This document shows, piece by piece, positions 13,652 through 33,410 of a DNA stretch of 64,000 nt. The position numbers and the translations under genes were made by a program. Positions within the stretch are counted from its first letter, which is position 1, and each line of letters opens with the position of its first letter. The DNA lies in the NCBI GenBank assembly GCA_963693365.1, contig CAVNZM010000010.1, forward strand, positions 3,348,001 through 3,412,000, written 5' to 3'. The notes below the pieces were generated by a model. It worked only from the letters and a program-made list of their open reading frames with translations. It was not told where the DNA came from and searched no databases. This DNA is from Amoebidium appalachense. Lineage: Eukaryota; Protista; Ichthyosporea.

Positions 13652-13772
13652 AGAGAGAGAGAATTGTTACAGGTATCTACATCTGGGGCGCTGCTAACAT
13701 CCCGCCTCCTAATTCAGGTCTCGGCCAGCTGTGGTTAAGGGTATGGAGGTAACCCCATTCCCCAGCAAGTGA
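7091..13772 (+). CDS. yfcG: Glutathione S-transferase, YfcG/Nu-class (disulfide oxidoreductase type), copy 1, 224 aa, 9 exons
   Basis: Exons 7091-7184, 7899-7972, 8633-8711, 9741-9854, 11075-11115, 11538-11606, 12435-12536, 13251-13297, 13718-13772; all GT-AG and in phase, 675 nt. Motifs TPNGQKV, SPNNKIPAI, FETGAILQYLAEKTG, WLMWQMGGFGPMLGQ, IPYAKERY, YTIADMAIYPW, RPAV. Confidence 0.93.
9910..10224. mobile_element. MITE-like insertion (315 bp) in GST1 intron 4
   Basis: 21-bp inverted termini CAAGGAATAGTCACAGACTTT (9910-9930) and AAAGTCTGTGACAATTCCTTG (10204-10224), one mismatch. Absent from the equivalent intron of GST2. No clear target-site duplication. Confidence 0.65.
10441..10514. repeat. 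Perfect 37-bp tandem duplication
   Basis: TTCGTGTATCTACGCTGTTCCTTGCCGGTCTTGATTG twice; one diverged copy in GST2 intron 4. Confidence 0.85.
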
Positions 13773-15944
13773 GAGCTCGTGTCCCGGTTTCCCGACCCCG
13801 TTTTGAAAATACAACTGTGTGTGTGTGTATACACACACGATACATAAGTATATACTACACTATACCGTAGGTGGATAGTTGCATCGAACGATCCTGACTG
13901 TTTTAGGCCCGGGCTTGCGATTTGCAAGGGTTTTCTTGTGGTATACCATATGAACAAATATCAGTGAAGATAGGTCTGCAATGTACAAAAGTTCTATGAA
14001 ACAATAAAAAAAAAGTGAATTATGAATATGGTATACAGTACGGTGATCACACGATCAGCCTTCGAGGTGGGCCACTTGGTGGGCCACCTTAGCATGAGTG
14101 TAAACATAACGGGGACGTGCAGGACGTCGTGCACGGGTACTTCACGAAGGGAACGTCCAACGGGGACCGTGACATTCACACACGTACGTTTTATCTTTGA
14201 TTGAATGTACAATGTAAACATCATACAAGACTATTAGAACGGGGAACCACGGACATAAAGGAATGCTTGATAAACATTGATACTGTTTATGATTGGCTAG
14301 TAGCCAAATTGGTATGCAAGCAATGTGATAGACTGTCTTCCGGATCCAGTCACAGTGTCTGGCCAGTGGCCCCTAATAGCCCCCTATTTTATAGGCAGCC
14401 AATCAAGATCGACATTCCTATAATAAGGGGGAGATGGCCATTTCGGAAAGGATAAAAGAAGAAGGGGGAGAACTGAGATAGAAGACCGGATAAGTGCACA
14501 GGGGGTGGGCGTGGGGGGGGGGGGGGGGGGGGGGGGGGAAGGCGAGAGAGAAGAACAGATGAAAAGAATTCGAAGTGCGAGTGGTGTAATTGTTAGAAGG
14601 GTGAGGAGGCCCGCCGGTGGGAGAGGGAAGAAGAGAGGCGAGGGGGGGGGGGGGGGGGGGGGGGGGACTATCGCTTGCCGTGTGGGGGCTCACACGGCGT
14701 GGTACAGGACACACGAATCGGGAATAAAGACAAGGCGTACATTTAGTATGCGAGGCCAGGGCCGTCCCATAGGCAGTAGAGGAAGCGGGTCCAGGGAGCA
14801 GATTTTGTGGGCAGCAGCAGGCACGCGGGTGCACGTATGGGAAGGCGGAGGACCAACGCGTCCATAATGTTTCTTTGTGAAGTCAGTGAAATGAGATGTA
14901 AAGTGCAAGGAGAAGCGAATGGATACCTAGGCTTGGCAATCTTACGCGTATCGCTATATAGTTGAGATGATGCAGGGTAAACTGGAAACTACACTGTACA
15001 GTGCAAAGCAGGGTGGGTGGGCGAGAGAGTGGGAGCGGGCGGTATGGGATGTGGGTGCGCGGGCAGTGTGCGACAAGAATGGATATCTAACAAGGATAAT
15101 GACTGCACAGAGCGGGAAATAAGGGAGAGAGAAAGGAAGCGATAATACTGAATGAGTATCAAGGATAATAAATGCCAAGAGCGGGGTGGAAAAGGAAGAC
15201 GAGGCCGGCGGGGAATGTACAAGGAGCACGAAGCAATTAGATGATTGGAAGGTATTTGCATCCGGAATTTGCATTGCATATTTCCTTGGGTTCAAAGCAG
15301 GGTTGGGCTGGGTTGGCCAGCTTAACCGTATTGTCTTTTGGCCAATCGTAACGGACAGTTTCGTCATCGTCGGGGGTTCTTGGGGATCTGCAAGCCCAGC
15401 TAAAAACGCCTCTCCAGCCACAAAACTCAAAATACGCGTTTTTACAAATTAAGTATCGCAAACTTACAAGCCCTGGACGCTTGTCGGGGTTCGATATTGC
15501 TCATGAGAAGCGCTGTAGATATGTTCTTGAACAGAAATATTGAAAAAATTAAGTACAGTTAGATCTTAGGAGGCCTTAAAGCGTTTATAATGCTATACAT
15601 CTGATACGAAAGCTGTTACGACGGCACCCTAACCTTACTCGTATCGGGGTCTTTCGTTAATCGTAATTACGACGATCTTTTTCGGAGTCCCCCCCTGGTT
15701 CAAAGTAATGCAAAGGTATAAAAAGAAATTTTCAAAGGTAGTGTAAGAAAACGCGTGCCTATATGTAGGTTACTCCCCTCCTCCTCCTTCCCCCCCCCCC
15801 CCCCCCCCCCCCCCAAAACCCCCGTCTCTCTAGATTATACTGGATAGAGATCTATGGATAGGAGAGGTATGGTCAAGGGGGGGAGGGGCCGGGGGGGGGG
15901 GGGGGGGGTTGTTTCATTCTTGGGGGGGGGGGGGGGGGGGGAGG

Positions 15945-16128
15945 GTTGTTTCATTGTTGCTTTTAAACTTCCCAATTATGCGTGTTGTGTTCACCTGGTT
16001 GCCTTTTGGTGGTAGTGGTGTTTGTTTGTGATCGCACGTGTGTGTGGTGGTGCACTGGTGGACTGGTGGTGGTGGTTTGTGTACATGTGTGTTTTTGTCT
16101 GTGTTTTGTGAAAGTGAAAGAGAGAAGT

Positions 16129-16176
<48 letters not shown>

Positions 16177-18007
16177 ATCTACATCTGGGGCGCTGCTGTA
16201 ACATCCCACCTCCTAATTCAGGTCTCGGCCAGCTGTGGTTAAGGGCCTGTTTGGTAGCGCGCTAAATACGGTTTTTTATCGCATTCGTATTTAGGGCCTA
16301 AATACGTATACGATCCCGTGGCATGCCAAACACGCCGCGGGCTTTTATTTTTTGTAAATACGATAGGGATCGCTTTTATATCGTATCACGGCCATCTAGA
16401 AACACCTAAATGGCCGTGTATCGTATTTACGAAAATCACCTCCGGAGGTGATTTACGATATAGGAAATTAGCCAATCAGAGCATTTCGCATCATTTATTG
16501 GCTATCAGCTAGCCAATGGTACAGCGAAAGCCGCGGAGGGCACATTTTTACTACAGTACGCATGCCGGCGCATGCACGTGAACAATTCACTGTTAAAAAG
16601 AAGGTCGGTGTCATACACGTCATTTTGTGTACATGCTCAGTTAAAATTGGCACATGAATTTGGGCTGCACAGGTAAGACAGAGGACGAGGAACCCTACAC
16701 GGTGCATGATCACAAGCTCAGACTGTATATATATATATATATGCCATAATAATCATTGAAACAATACTGGACTCCGATATATGCATTAATAAAAACAATC
16801 AAATGTACATGTACAAACAACTCGGTGACATGCAGGCACCACGAGTACTGCATAGACGTGACAAATTTTAACACTCACTATGTGTTCAGATATGTGGGGA
16901 ATGCCAGGGACGAACGTTGGTGATGTAAAACGAGGTCTCTAGCAAGGCTAGCCACCGCAATTACTGGCAGTATCCCTTCAATAACAGACATTCTAACCTA
17001 TTGTTAAACAGAGCAAGGCTCACTGTCGGTGACTCGTTTTTGCCGTTCGCTGTAACACTGATCTACAGCTGCACCAGCCTATATGCATGGAATACCGAAG
17101 GATGATCAATGGGTGCGAATAGGGTCAATCAGATCTCGTGAACATGTATCAATCGACATTTTATGTGACCAGTCACGCCTGACAGCGTTTGGAAGGCACC
17201 AACTTGTAAATACGCATACCACGATAAATTTTGTAAATACGGTAGATCGTATTTAGGGCCTAAATACGAATACGATTATTGGGGTGCTGCCAAACAGGCC
17301 CTACCCTTAGGGTATGGAGGTAACCCCATTCCCCAGCAAGCCTTGAGAGCTCGTGTCCCGGTTTCCCGACCCCGTCTTAAAAATACAATTGTGTGTGTGT
17401 GTATCATGGCACACACGATACATAAGTATTCTTTGGGTGCCCTTAACGTATGTACATGTATACTACACTATACCGTAGGTGGATAGTTCAGATCAAGTTC
17501 TGATTGTGAATTTGCATGAAAATTTGTTCATGCTTGTCCATCGAACGATCCTGATTGTTTTAGGCGGGCTTGCATTTGCAAGGGTTTTCTTGTGGTATAC
17601 CATATGAACATATATCAGTGAAGATACGTCTGCAATGTACAAAAGTTTTATGAAACAATAAAAAAAAGTGAAGTATGAATATGGTATACAGTACGGTGAT
17701 CGCACGATCAGCCTTCGAGGTGGGCCATTTGGTGGGCCACCTTAGCATGAGTGTAAACATAACGGGGACGTGCAGGACGTCGTGCACGGGTACGGGAACG
17801 TCCAACGGGGACCGTGACATTCACACACGTATGTTTTATCTTTGATTGAATGTATAATGTAAACAGTAAACACCATACAAGGCTATTAGTACGGGGAACC
17901 ACGGACATAAAGGAATGCTTGATAAACATTGATACTGTTTATGAATGGCTAGTAGCCAAATTGGTATGCAAGCAATGTGATAGACAGTTTTCCAGTGTCT
18001 GGCCCCT
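15945..18007 (+). pseudogene. Orphan duplicate of GST intron 8, exon 9 and 3' flank, interrupted by a transposon
   Basis: Collinear with ~13452-14372. Exon 9 copy is 16222-16242 plus ~17310-17346 (SRPAVVK / GMEVTPFPSKP*). No exons 1-8 upstream of it. Confidence 0.85.
16243..17301. mobile_element. Non-autonomous PIF/Harbinger (Tourist-like) element, 1059 bp
   Basis: Termini GGGCCTGTTTGG / CCAAACAGGCCC (12 bp perfect, 16/18 extended), preceded by TAA and inserted in the duplicated exon 9 (empty site at 13735-13742). Subterminal palindrome CGTATTTAGG-G-CCTAAATACG at both ends (16286-16306, 17248-17268) and several TAAATACG repeats. No transposase ORF. Confidence 0.85.
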
Positions 18008-19076
18008 CGATCGTCTCATCCCAAACCTGCGAGAAAACTCCTCGGGGGAGACAAGGGTTCAACGGATGGTCTTCGCGACGGACCCTGGTCCGCTGCGACA
18101 TGTGGCCTTTCCTGCTGACACTGCTATGGCTAGGTAGCCATGGACACACGTGCACACGCGTCATGCCACATACTAATATTAGGCTGCAGCTGCCCGCAGT
18201 GACCGTGACCAGCTGGTGGCATGATCAGCCTGTATGATACATGTTGAGCTGGCATGATACTCCACATGCGGCCCGGGCGTATGTCACGTTTGTACAGTAG
18301 GAGTGTGCCAGGCTGCATGCTGCGCTATGAAGACCAATGCGGCAGCCGCGTGACCCCTATCCATGCAGGTCTATCCGTTCTCATGATACACGACCGCTGC
18401 CGCCGCTGTTACACCTGTTAACCATCCGCTCACGCGCACGCAGACAAGTGCATACATTTTTCGATCACGTATATAACAGGCCTGGCACGTTCTGACTGTG
18501 CCCTCTAGCCTATCACGGTACGAATAAATCAACGTCTATTTTTCAGGGGTAGGAGAGTCACGTGATCAGCCGCTCTCCGGATCGTCCGCAGGCCCTTGAA
18601 AAATAAGAGCTACCTCAGAAGGTAGCAGATAATAGGCACATTGTATGCGTGGACACACTACATGGGACATAACGTCCACGGCCCACACATATGTCACCGA
18701 CGTACGACGTGGGCCCTGCATGATGTACGCGTGAGATAGATACCTAGGCTAAAAATAAAAATTAGCCAGGTGATGCGCATGGGCACACAAGTGTATGTAC
18801 ATGAACAACTTCGTAACGGTATTGTAGCAAAGGCAGGCGTGCCCTCGCCAAGGAGGCACCGAAACCAAAAAATTCTAGATTTTTTCCTGACTCTTCAGAG
18901 TCTTCAGCGAGCGGCCGCCGGCCGGCTCACATATGACAGAAAAAAAATTCCCTTGTTGCCAAGTTGGTGAAAGAGCACGACGACTCACCGTGCGTTCACG
19001 TTGAGCCTGGACTGTTAGCACGCGATGATAGTCGACGAATAGGAAGAGCCCTTTCCTTGTGACAACAATCGTCCCT

Positions 19077-19108
19077 ATTGGTGATTGAAAATTGCACATG
19101 GTATATAA
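19077..19108 (+). promoter_or_regulatory. Inverted CCAAT box plus TATA box upstream of GST copy 2
   Basis: ATTGG at 19077 and TATATAA at 19102, conserved with 6869-6900. Confidence 0.6.
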
Positions 19109-19301
19109 TGGCAACGCGCCTGCTTATGCAGAGTTCATTTATCATGCGCTTGTCACAAAAGAGAAAATCTGGTTTCTTTTTTTGATAAACCAGGTCTGAC
19201 TTCGACTTCGGAAACAACCTTTAAAAGAATTGACTTGGTGGGGGCACAACGCTCAAGGACATCAAAAAATTATTTATTTGAAGCAATTTTTTTCTTGAAA
19301 A

Positions 19302-25949
<6,648 letters not shown>

Positions 25950-25983
25950 AGTCGACGTCTGACTGTCGAAATAAAGACTTTCT

Positions 25984-26207
25984 TGCATATACACCGAATA
26001 TTGTTCCCATTTTTTCAGCCTTTTTTGCTCGGCCTGTGCACGGCCAGGACACCTTGCACGCTCCAGTTGAGGAATCCACTCTTCGTACACACAGATGCAT
26101 ATACACCGAATATTGTTCCCATTTTCTCAGCCTTTTTTGCTCGGCCTGTGCACGGCCAGGACACCGTGCACTCTCCAGTTGAGGAATCCACTCTTCGTAC
26201 ACACAGA
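25984..26207. repeat. 112-bp tandem duplication just downstream of the GST2 stop
   Basis: TGCATATACACCGAATATTG...CTTCGTACACACAGA begins at 25984 and again at 26096, with a few substitutions. Confidence 0.85.
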
Positions 26208-26252
26208 AGCAGTTAAGGAAAAAGCATGAGAACACACGTGCACACAAAGCAA

Positions 26253-26313
<61 letters not shown>

Positions 26314-26769
26314 GACACACGATAAAACACTGCAGCATGCACGCGCGCCTAGATCTAAATACGGTCATTAATAAACAAACACACAGTCGCACACGAATTC
26401 GGTGCACCGTGGCACAAGTAATCAGCAACAGCTGAAAATAATAACAAATAATAATAATATTTTGAATGAGCACATTCCCTCATACATACAAATGCACATA
26501 GGACTGGGTAGCTGTACCGCGGTCTAGGTAGACGATACGTGAAGTTGTGTAGCTAGAAAAACCATTTCTGGAGGAAACAGAAACTGTTGGCCGCACGTGC
26601 ATGCACAAACAGCTTACATTATGATCAAAAATTAGTCGACGCGCCGTGGTTGACATACCAATATGTGCAATGCTGCTGATATCATAAAGTTATGTTTGTG
26701 AAATTGCGGTGAATACCACGAATAAGCTGTGACAGTCTGTGTTTTGAACCTATAAGCAGATGGGGGGTG

Positions 26770-26820
<51 letters not shown>

Positions 26821-26880
26821 GAAAAGGAGAGGAAATCCACCCCCCGCCAACCACTGTTTGGAAGGGGCAAAAAAAAAAAA

Positions 26881-26913
<33 letters not shown>

Positions 26914-27057
26914 CGGGTTACACACAAAAAAGAAAGAAAGAAAAGAAACGGACAAAAAAAAAAAAAAAAAAAAAAAGGAATACACAGCCAGAAAGGGATC
27001 CAAAAAAAAAAATAAAAAAAAATAGGAAAACACATCCCCGCCAACCAACCACACAAT

Positions 27058-27588
27058 TTACGAATCATCCTCATCCCCCGAACCGTCAGAGCCGGCCGAA
27101 TAGGGAATGCCTTTCGAACCGTTCGAACCAGCCTCCAACCCCTTCAACTTCTCCACAAACGCAAAGAGCGCAAAACATTCCTCCAACCAACCTTGCAACA
27201 CCTTCCCATCCCTATTTTCCGCCAAATCAATCTGCTCATCCGAACACTTCAAAATCTCGCCCCAAAGAGCCTGCTTGCGTGCGGACATTTCTTTCAAATC
27301 CGATGAGTTCAATTCCATTATCGTTGTGTTTGCGATGCGTCTGAGTTGACGGGTGGACACGATCGTGTAGCGTGCGGTAGTCTTTGTCTCTGACACTCAT
27401 CTTGGCCCGGTAGAGGTATTTGGAGAAGAGCGTCTTTTGAACTGCGCGTTTGCGGGGCCTGGTTATAGTAGTGTGTACGTGTGTGTGGGTGGGTGTGTGG
27501 ATGTTGGGGGGGGGGAGGGGGATAGGGGTTGGCGGGAGGGGGGGTTGGGTGGGGGAAGACGCGCACACACGTGTGCGTGCGTGCGTGC

Positions 27589-27640
<52 letters not shown>

Positions 27641-27920
27641 ATATGTGTGTGTGTGTGTGTGTGTTTGTTTGCGCGCGCGCGCGTGTGTGTGTGTGTGTGT
27701 GTGTGTTGGGGGCAGGGTGGGACGGGGGAAGATGGGTGCTGGGGGAGGGAGGGGGGGGGGGGGGGGGGGAGAGGAATTTAGCATGCAAAAGACGGTTCGG
27801 AGACGTGCAACTCCATAAAAATGCCAAAAAACGGTGCAAGACAGTGTGGCATGCAAATGCAAAAATGTAAGCAGAATATGGAGCGCTTAGTATGAAACAT
27901 AGGTGGAGCCCATGATCAGG

Positions 27921-27955
<35 letters not shown>

Positions 27956-27982
27956 CGTGCGTGTGTGTGTGCACGTGTGTCT

Positions 27983-28044
<62 letters not shown>

Positions 28045-28869
28045 TGTGCGTGTACGTACGATTGCGTGGGCGGATGTGTTGTGTGTCTTGTGAGTTTGTG
28101 TCTAGGTGCACACCAAGGCGTTACTTAGGAGGGCTATTCAGAATACTCAAGGTCGCAGTAGACTAGAGAGGGTTATGTCAAGGAATGAATCAGAAAAGCG
28201 CAATGGGGAGATTACAGATCAAAGTCTAGAAAGCAGGCATATGTAGCACGTGCAGTAACTATATCGTTACTTTATTTATTGATTATATCATTGCTTTATT
28301 TGATAACTATATTGTTACTTTATTTAGTAACTTTATCGTTTCTTTCTATGTATCCATTTATTTAGGATTTAGGGGATATATCTCTTGGGTATGCTAGAGC
28401 TAAACCTCTGTGCGTACAGGCCTTTAGCGATTATGTCGTAGAAAAAAGGGATAAAAGCCATTATTCCAAAGGCCCCCCCCGGGTATCACATATCATTGGC
28501 AAAAAAAAAGGGAAAAAAGTTATGTTATAGTGCGTGTGCCATTCAAACATGTTGATATACACGTGTGAGAATCGTTCAAGCCCAGGGTATCTACACACTG
28601 TGTGCGCATGTTTACCTCATGAGATAATGTGTTCCGCCATTGTCCCTGTATACATCCTTCAGATACTTTGCGTGCACTTTGTTGGCGTGTGTACAAGCAC
28701 ATGGTATACACTCAAACATATCTGTTTCCGCTTTGTGTGTATGCGAGAAGGCATGCACGCGGCCTTTTCATTACGCAGCGCATCTTATCTCCCCTCCATT
28801 CTTCTTTGGGGGGGGGGGGGGGGGGGAGTACGCATCTGAATATTTTCTTCTTCTTCTTCTTCTTTTGGG

Positions 28870-28967
<98 letters not shown>

Positions 28968-29754
28968 ATAAACACTGCACGCGCGAGTATTAATTGCACC
29001 GTGCACTTACCCATCTTGAATGGTGTCTTCCAAGAAATTCACCGCGGCAAATGCTCTCTCGCTAACCATGACTCGAGGAATCAGACATAACCCATTCCAG
29101 CGTTGGTATCATCGCGAAGATGTCCAACTCTTTCAACATCAACACCTGCACGGAAATTTCACGGGTGTTAAGGGGAACTCGGAAGAGCGAAAAAAAAAAA
29201 GAGGGGGGGGGGGGGGGGGGGACGGAAAACAAAAAAGAAAAGGAAAGAAAAGGGGGGGGAAATGTGGTAGAAGCAGGTCATAAATCATTATTTGTATTTA
29301 TTATGATGGTGATCCTGAGTGACCAATATTGTTCTAATACAAGTTGTTCTAGGCGAGTCAAATCATAATATGACCTGCTTCTACAACATTGGTTTATGAT
29401 GCAAATCTGTGTGACCAATCTCACCAAAGTAGCCAACATGGATGCCAATTGTTGCAAAAATGAGCCATAAATCAGCCACCGCAAGGCAGAGCTTATCCAC
29501 ATTTAATTAGTAACGTAACTGCGCCACTTTTCAGTACACCATAGGGTGACCATAACACAAAACACTTAGTTTTTTTCATGCACCTCCAAGATGCTAAACG
29601 AGAGAGCCGGCAGAACTTGGCAAGAAACAAATAGAATCCATAAAAATAAATATCATGAAATCATAAAAAAATATTAGTTTAGACTCGACAGTTTACGAGG
29701 ACCACAACGTGGGCCATCACAACGATGCTCACCTCGGGGGGGGGGGGGGGGGGG

Positions 29755-29811
<57 letters not shown>

Positions 29812-30553
29812 GGGGGGGGGAGGGAGGGAGGGAGATTGCAGGTACAGTACAAACAACATCGAGCGACTTTGAAGAGAAAACAACACTCAACAGGCGAAAA
29901 TTACAATGCTGAAGTGAATACACGTAGACTACACGGTACACATTGTGTATGGTTTCGGGAAAAACGAAAAAAAAAAAGGGAAAAAAAGCACAAAGAGAGA
30001 GAGAGAGAGAGAGCGAAAAGAAGAAAGAAAAAAAAAACAAAAAAAACACACACAGAAGTTGCGTTGCTAACTGAGAGCCGCGTTGATGGGTTGATAGGTG
30101 CACAACGGACAAGAGTTGAGTCATTCACACATGATGCTCACAAGAGCAAAAAAAAACAAAAAAAAACAGAATTATCATGCGCCTTACAAAACATAACACT
30201 CCGGCAGATGCCTACCTATAAAGTTGAGCAAGAGCATAAAACACACAGTGATGAATTCTTAAAAGGGTATCGCTCCAGGAAATTCAGGGGTGTTGAAAGA
30301 AATTTTTAGGAGATGGGGGTTTTACCTTGCGCCCCTTAGCATCACCTTCTAGAGTTAACAGCCTGGTAGCCTCGAGTAACGTCTCAAACCCATCCTTATC
30401 TATTCTTACTGTGGTTTTCTTCTTGCCATTTTCCCCTTTCTCCTGCTCCTCATTCTCGCTCATATCCTCCCACATTTCAGATTCTTTCGCGGATTTCTTG
30501 TTGTGGGATCGAAGGGGCGCTCTTCGGACGTTCCGCTTCTTCTTGGTGGGCAT
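27058..30553 (-). pseudogene. Probable multi-exon gene of unknown function with frame breaks
   Basis: Exon-like segments with splice signals: 30553-30326 (MPTKKKRNVRRAPLRS...DAKGRK), ~29145-29011, ~28645-28616 and ~27458-27058 (ends GDEDDS*). The last three join in phase (NFLEDTIQDG|DNGGTHYLMR|[16 protein letters not shown]), but two exons need a frameshift. Confidence 0.4.
28254..28345. repeat. Degenerate ~24-nt AT-rich minisatellite, about 4 units
   Basis: Variants of AGTAACTATATCGTTACTTTATTT in tandem. Confidence 0.55.
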
Positions 30554-31457
30554 CTTGGGAACTTTTGTGAAGGTCGCGATTGGCACAAGCGGCCATGGTT
30601 GTGTGTGTGGGTGTGGGTGTGGTTATTGGTTTGTATGCGTGCGTGCGCGTGTGCGTGTGTGTGTGTGTGTGCGGGGGGGGTTGTAGATGGGTGTGTGTGC
30701 GTGTGTGTTTCAGCGCAGACGTGTGTGCTGTCTGTATATACATATGTTTTTGTATTACTTGTGTGCCTCCCCGTTGCCCCTCTCTGTTGAAAAAATAACT
30801 TCTGGATCTTGGAATCGGTCGCCTGTAATTTTTTTTTTTTCCTTTTCAGGTCACGTTGGAACGCGGCCTCTCAAATTTCTCCGGAACTTCGTAGATTCCA
30901 ATGTCTCTTTATGTAGTCTCTAACACAGCATTTGTAGATTGTACTTGTCTAAATCAAAGTCTGTCATGACGTCACTCTTAGTAGACAGTCTAGATATTGC
31001 ATTGTGAGGGTTTTGGCGGGAAACCATCCGAGTGGTCACAGTGAGATTGGCTCTCTCAATTATTCTATATTTAGCTTCTTGTGTCCCGCGCATTATTATT
31101 TTTAGCTCAGACCAAAGGGGTAGTTGACCGTTGATCTCGACAGCTCGAGGTGTTCCGCGACGGTTTACGTTTGTTTTTGAAGTGACAGACGAACGTTCAC
31201 GGAGAGATGATAACCTCACAAAGAACATATCTATTTATTCCCACTGCATAATAATGGCCTGCCCACACACTTTGATTTGACTTTGAATGGTCCGGTTCGC
31301 TTTTTAATCAAGTTTCTCTTACCCTAAACTACACTCGTGTGCTTATGCACAGGACACGCAAACACGAACACGCACACTAAGGCTCGCACAAACACTTAGG
31401 ACACACACGCACACGTACACACACACACACACAACCGTACACGCACACTTGGGCCCC

Positions 31458-32829
31458 ATGCAAGCCGATGGGCAGAATGGGGCACTCTCTCGGCCCAACA
31501 GGCCGTGGGATGTACGCTCGCCCCCACAGCTCAAACACGAGAGAATGGACGCTGGCTCCGCCTTGCCCCACGTTGATGACGAAGAACAAGAACATGACGT
31601 CGGCTCCCCCATGCCCGACGAAGAACATGGTTCCCCCATGCACGACCAAGAAGAGGGTGATGAAGTGGGCAACGAATCAGATGGCCAACTTGACATCGAT
31701 CCCCCCACCAAGCACGATGATAAATGAAGCCCCGGATTCCACCCAACCCACCCAACCCACACAAGAAAGTGTGCCGGAGCCAGCGCCAAGACCCATCATC
31801 ACATACGCGAATCGAAAACGCAACCAGCCCGTGCCGAATCAGTCAAACCCCCTCTCCACCCCACCACAGGAGCCACAAATACAACTACCGAACATAGCAA
31901 AACCCGCGCCTGCCAAGTCCAATAATCCCACAGACAAATTCACACTTCGGCCAGTTGCAATCGCTCCGACGGTGCCAGATGCCACCGATGGCGGGCTTTC
32001 CCTGCTTGATCTCGAGCAGATGGAAAAGGAAATCCGGGCCGCCCCACTCATTCTCAAGAACAAGAAAAAGAAGCCGGGGGAAACACAGACAGCAACCACG
32101 GCCACCACAAAGTCCAAACAAGCCGACGCCGCTCAATCCGAAGTGGTTGGGGAGGGTGGGGCGGCATCCGCATCAGAGCAGGACAATGTTGTCAGAATCG
32201 TTTCATGGAAACCCGGTTCAAAGGTCCCATGGAACCCGCCCGCCACCGCCTCAACTGCGCCGTTAACGGCAGCGGGCCGTAGGGCGGAGGAAGAGGCGCA
32301 AAGACAGCTAGAGAGGGAGCTTTATAGACCGGGGGAGGCTGTAACGAAGGATAGAATGGCAGAGGAGAGGAGGAGGAGGTTGGGAATCAAGAACGACAAT
32401 TTCAAAAGTTTCGACACGTTGAAGAAGTACGCGGCGGCGGTTGCGGGATCAACATGGCTCGTTACGACATCGACCGAGGGGCTGTCCTTTTTCCGCATCG
32501 CCATGGTTTGGAGCACTCTCTTGAACACGTGCGTACCCGTGGTCACCATCACCGTGTCGGTCACCAGGGAGCACATGTTGGCGACCATTTCGCAGCTTCA
32601 GCCGTTTCTCTCCGGCACCGCTGAAGCATTTCTCGCTGGAGGTGCCGCTCCCAGTTTCGGGCAACATCACGTCGCAACATTGGTCAAAGTCAGCCACGAA
32701 TTGTTGACAAATTGGCCCCAGTTGGAGAACATATTGGAGAGGGCGGAGCGGCTTCAGCCTCTTCTCCCATCCGAAACATTGCATCTTCAGGATGAGAATG
32801 CACCAGTGGCGAGTGTTGGTACGGGTGGC

Positions 32830-32860
<31 letters not shown>

Positions 32861-33274
32861 GCCAGGGACAGGGACTGGGGACTGGGATTGTAGGTAGGTG
32901 GGGTGGGTCGGTGTATGTGTGTGTGTATGTGTGGAGAGGGGGGAGGGGGGGGGGGAGATGGGGGGGGAGGGGGAGGGATGCAGATTGGATGTAAGGGGGG
33001 ATATGGATGGTTGGTTGGCTTTATGTGTTCGTGTGTTCGTGCGTGTGCGCGCACGTGTGTGTTTTTTTGGGGAGGGGGGGCAAGGGTGGGGGTGGGGGGT
33101 CATGTTTCTTGAGCCTTTCTGTTTTTTCGAATGTTGTTTCTTGAGCCTTTCTGTTTTTTCGAATGTAGGGGCAGGGGAGGGGGCAGGGAGGATGGCTGTG
33201 TGAATCCACCTGAACATTATATAGAACACACACACATACTCTCTCTCTCTCTTTCTCTCTCTCTCTCGTCTCTC

Positions 33275-33346
<72 letters not shown>

Positions 33347-33365
33347 TTTTCCCCTTTCTCTCTTC

Positions 33366-33410
<45 letters not shown>

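Noticed and set aside
14400-15780. Non-repetitive segment with short ORFs between the GST1 tail and its duplicate
   Set aside because: No recognisable motif, terminal repeat or phase-consistent exon chain.
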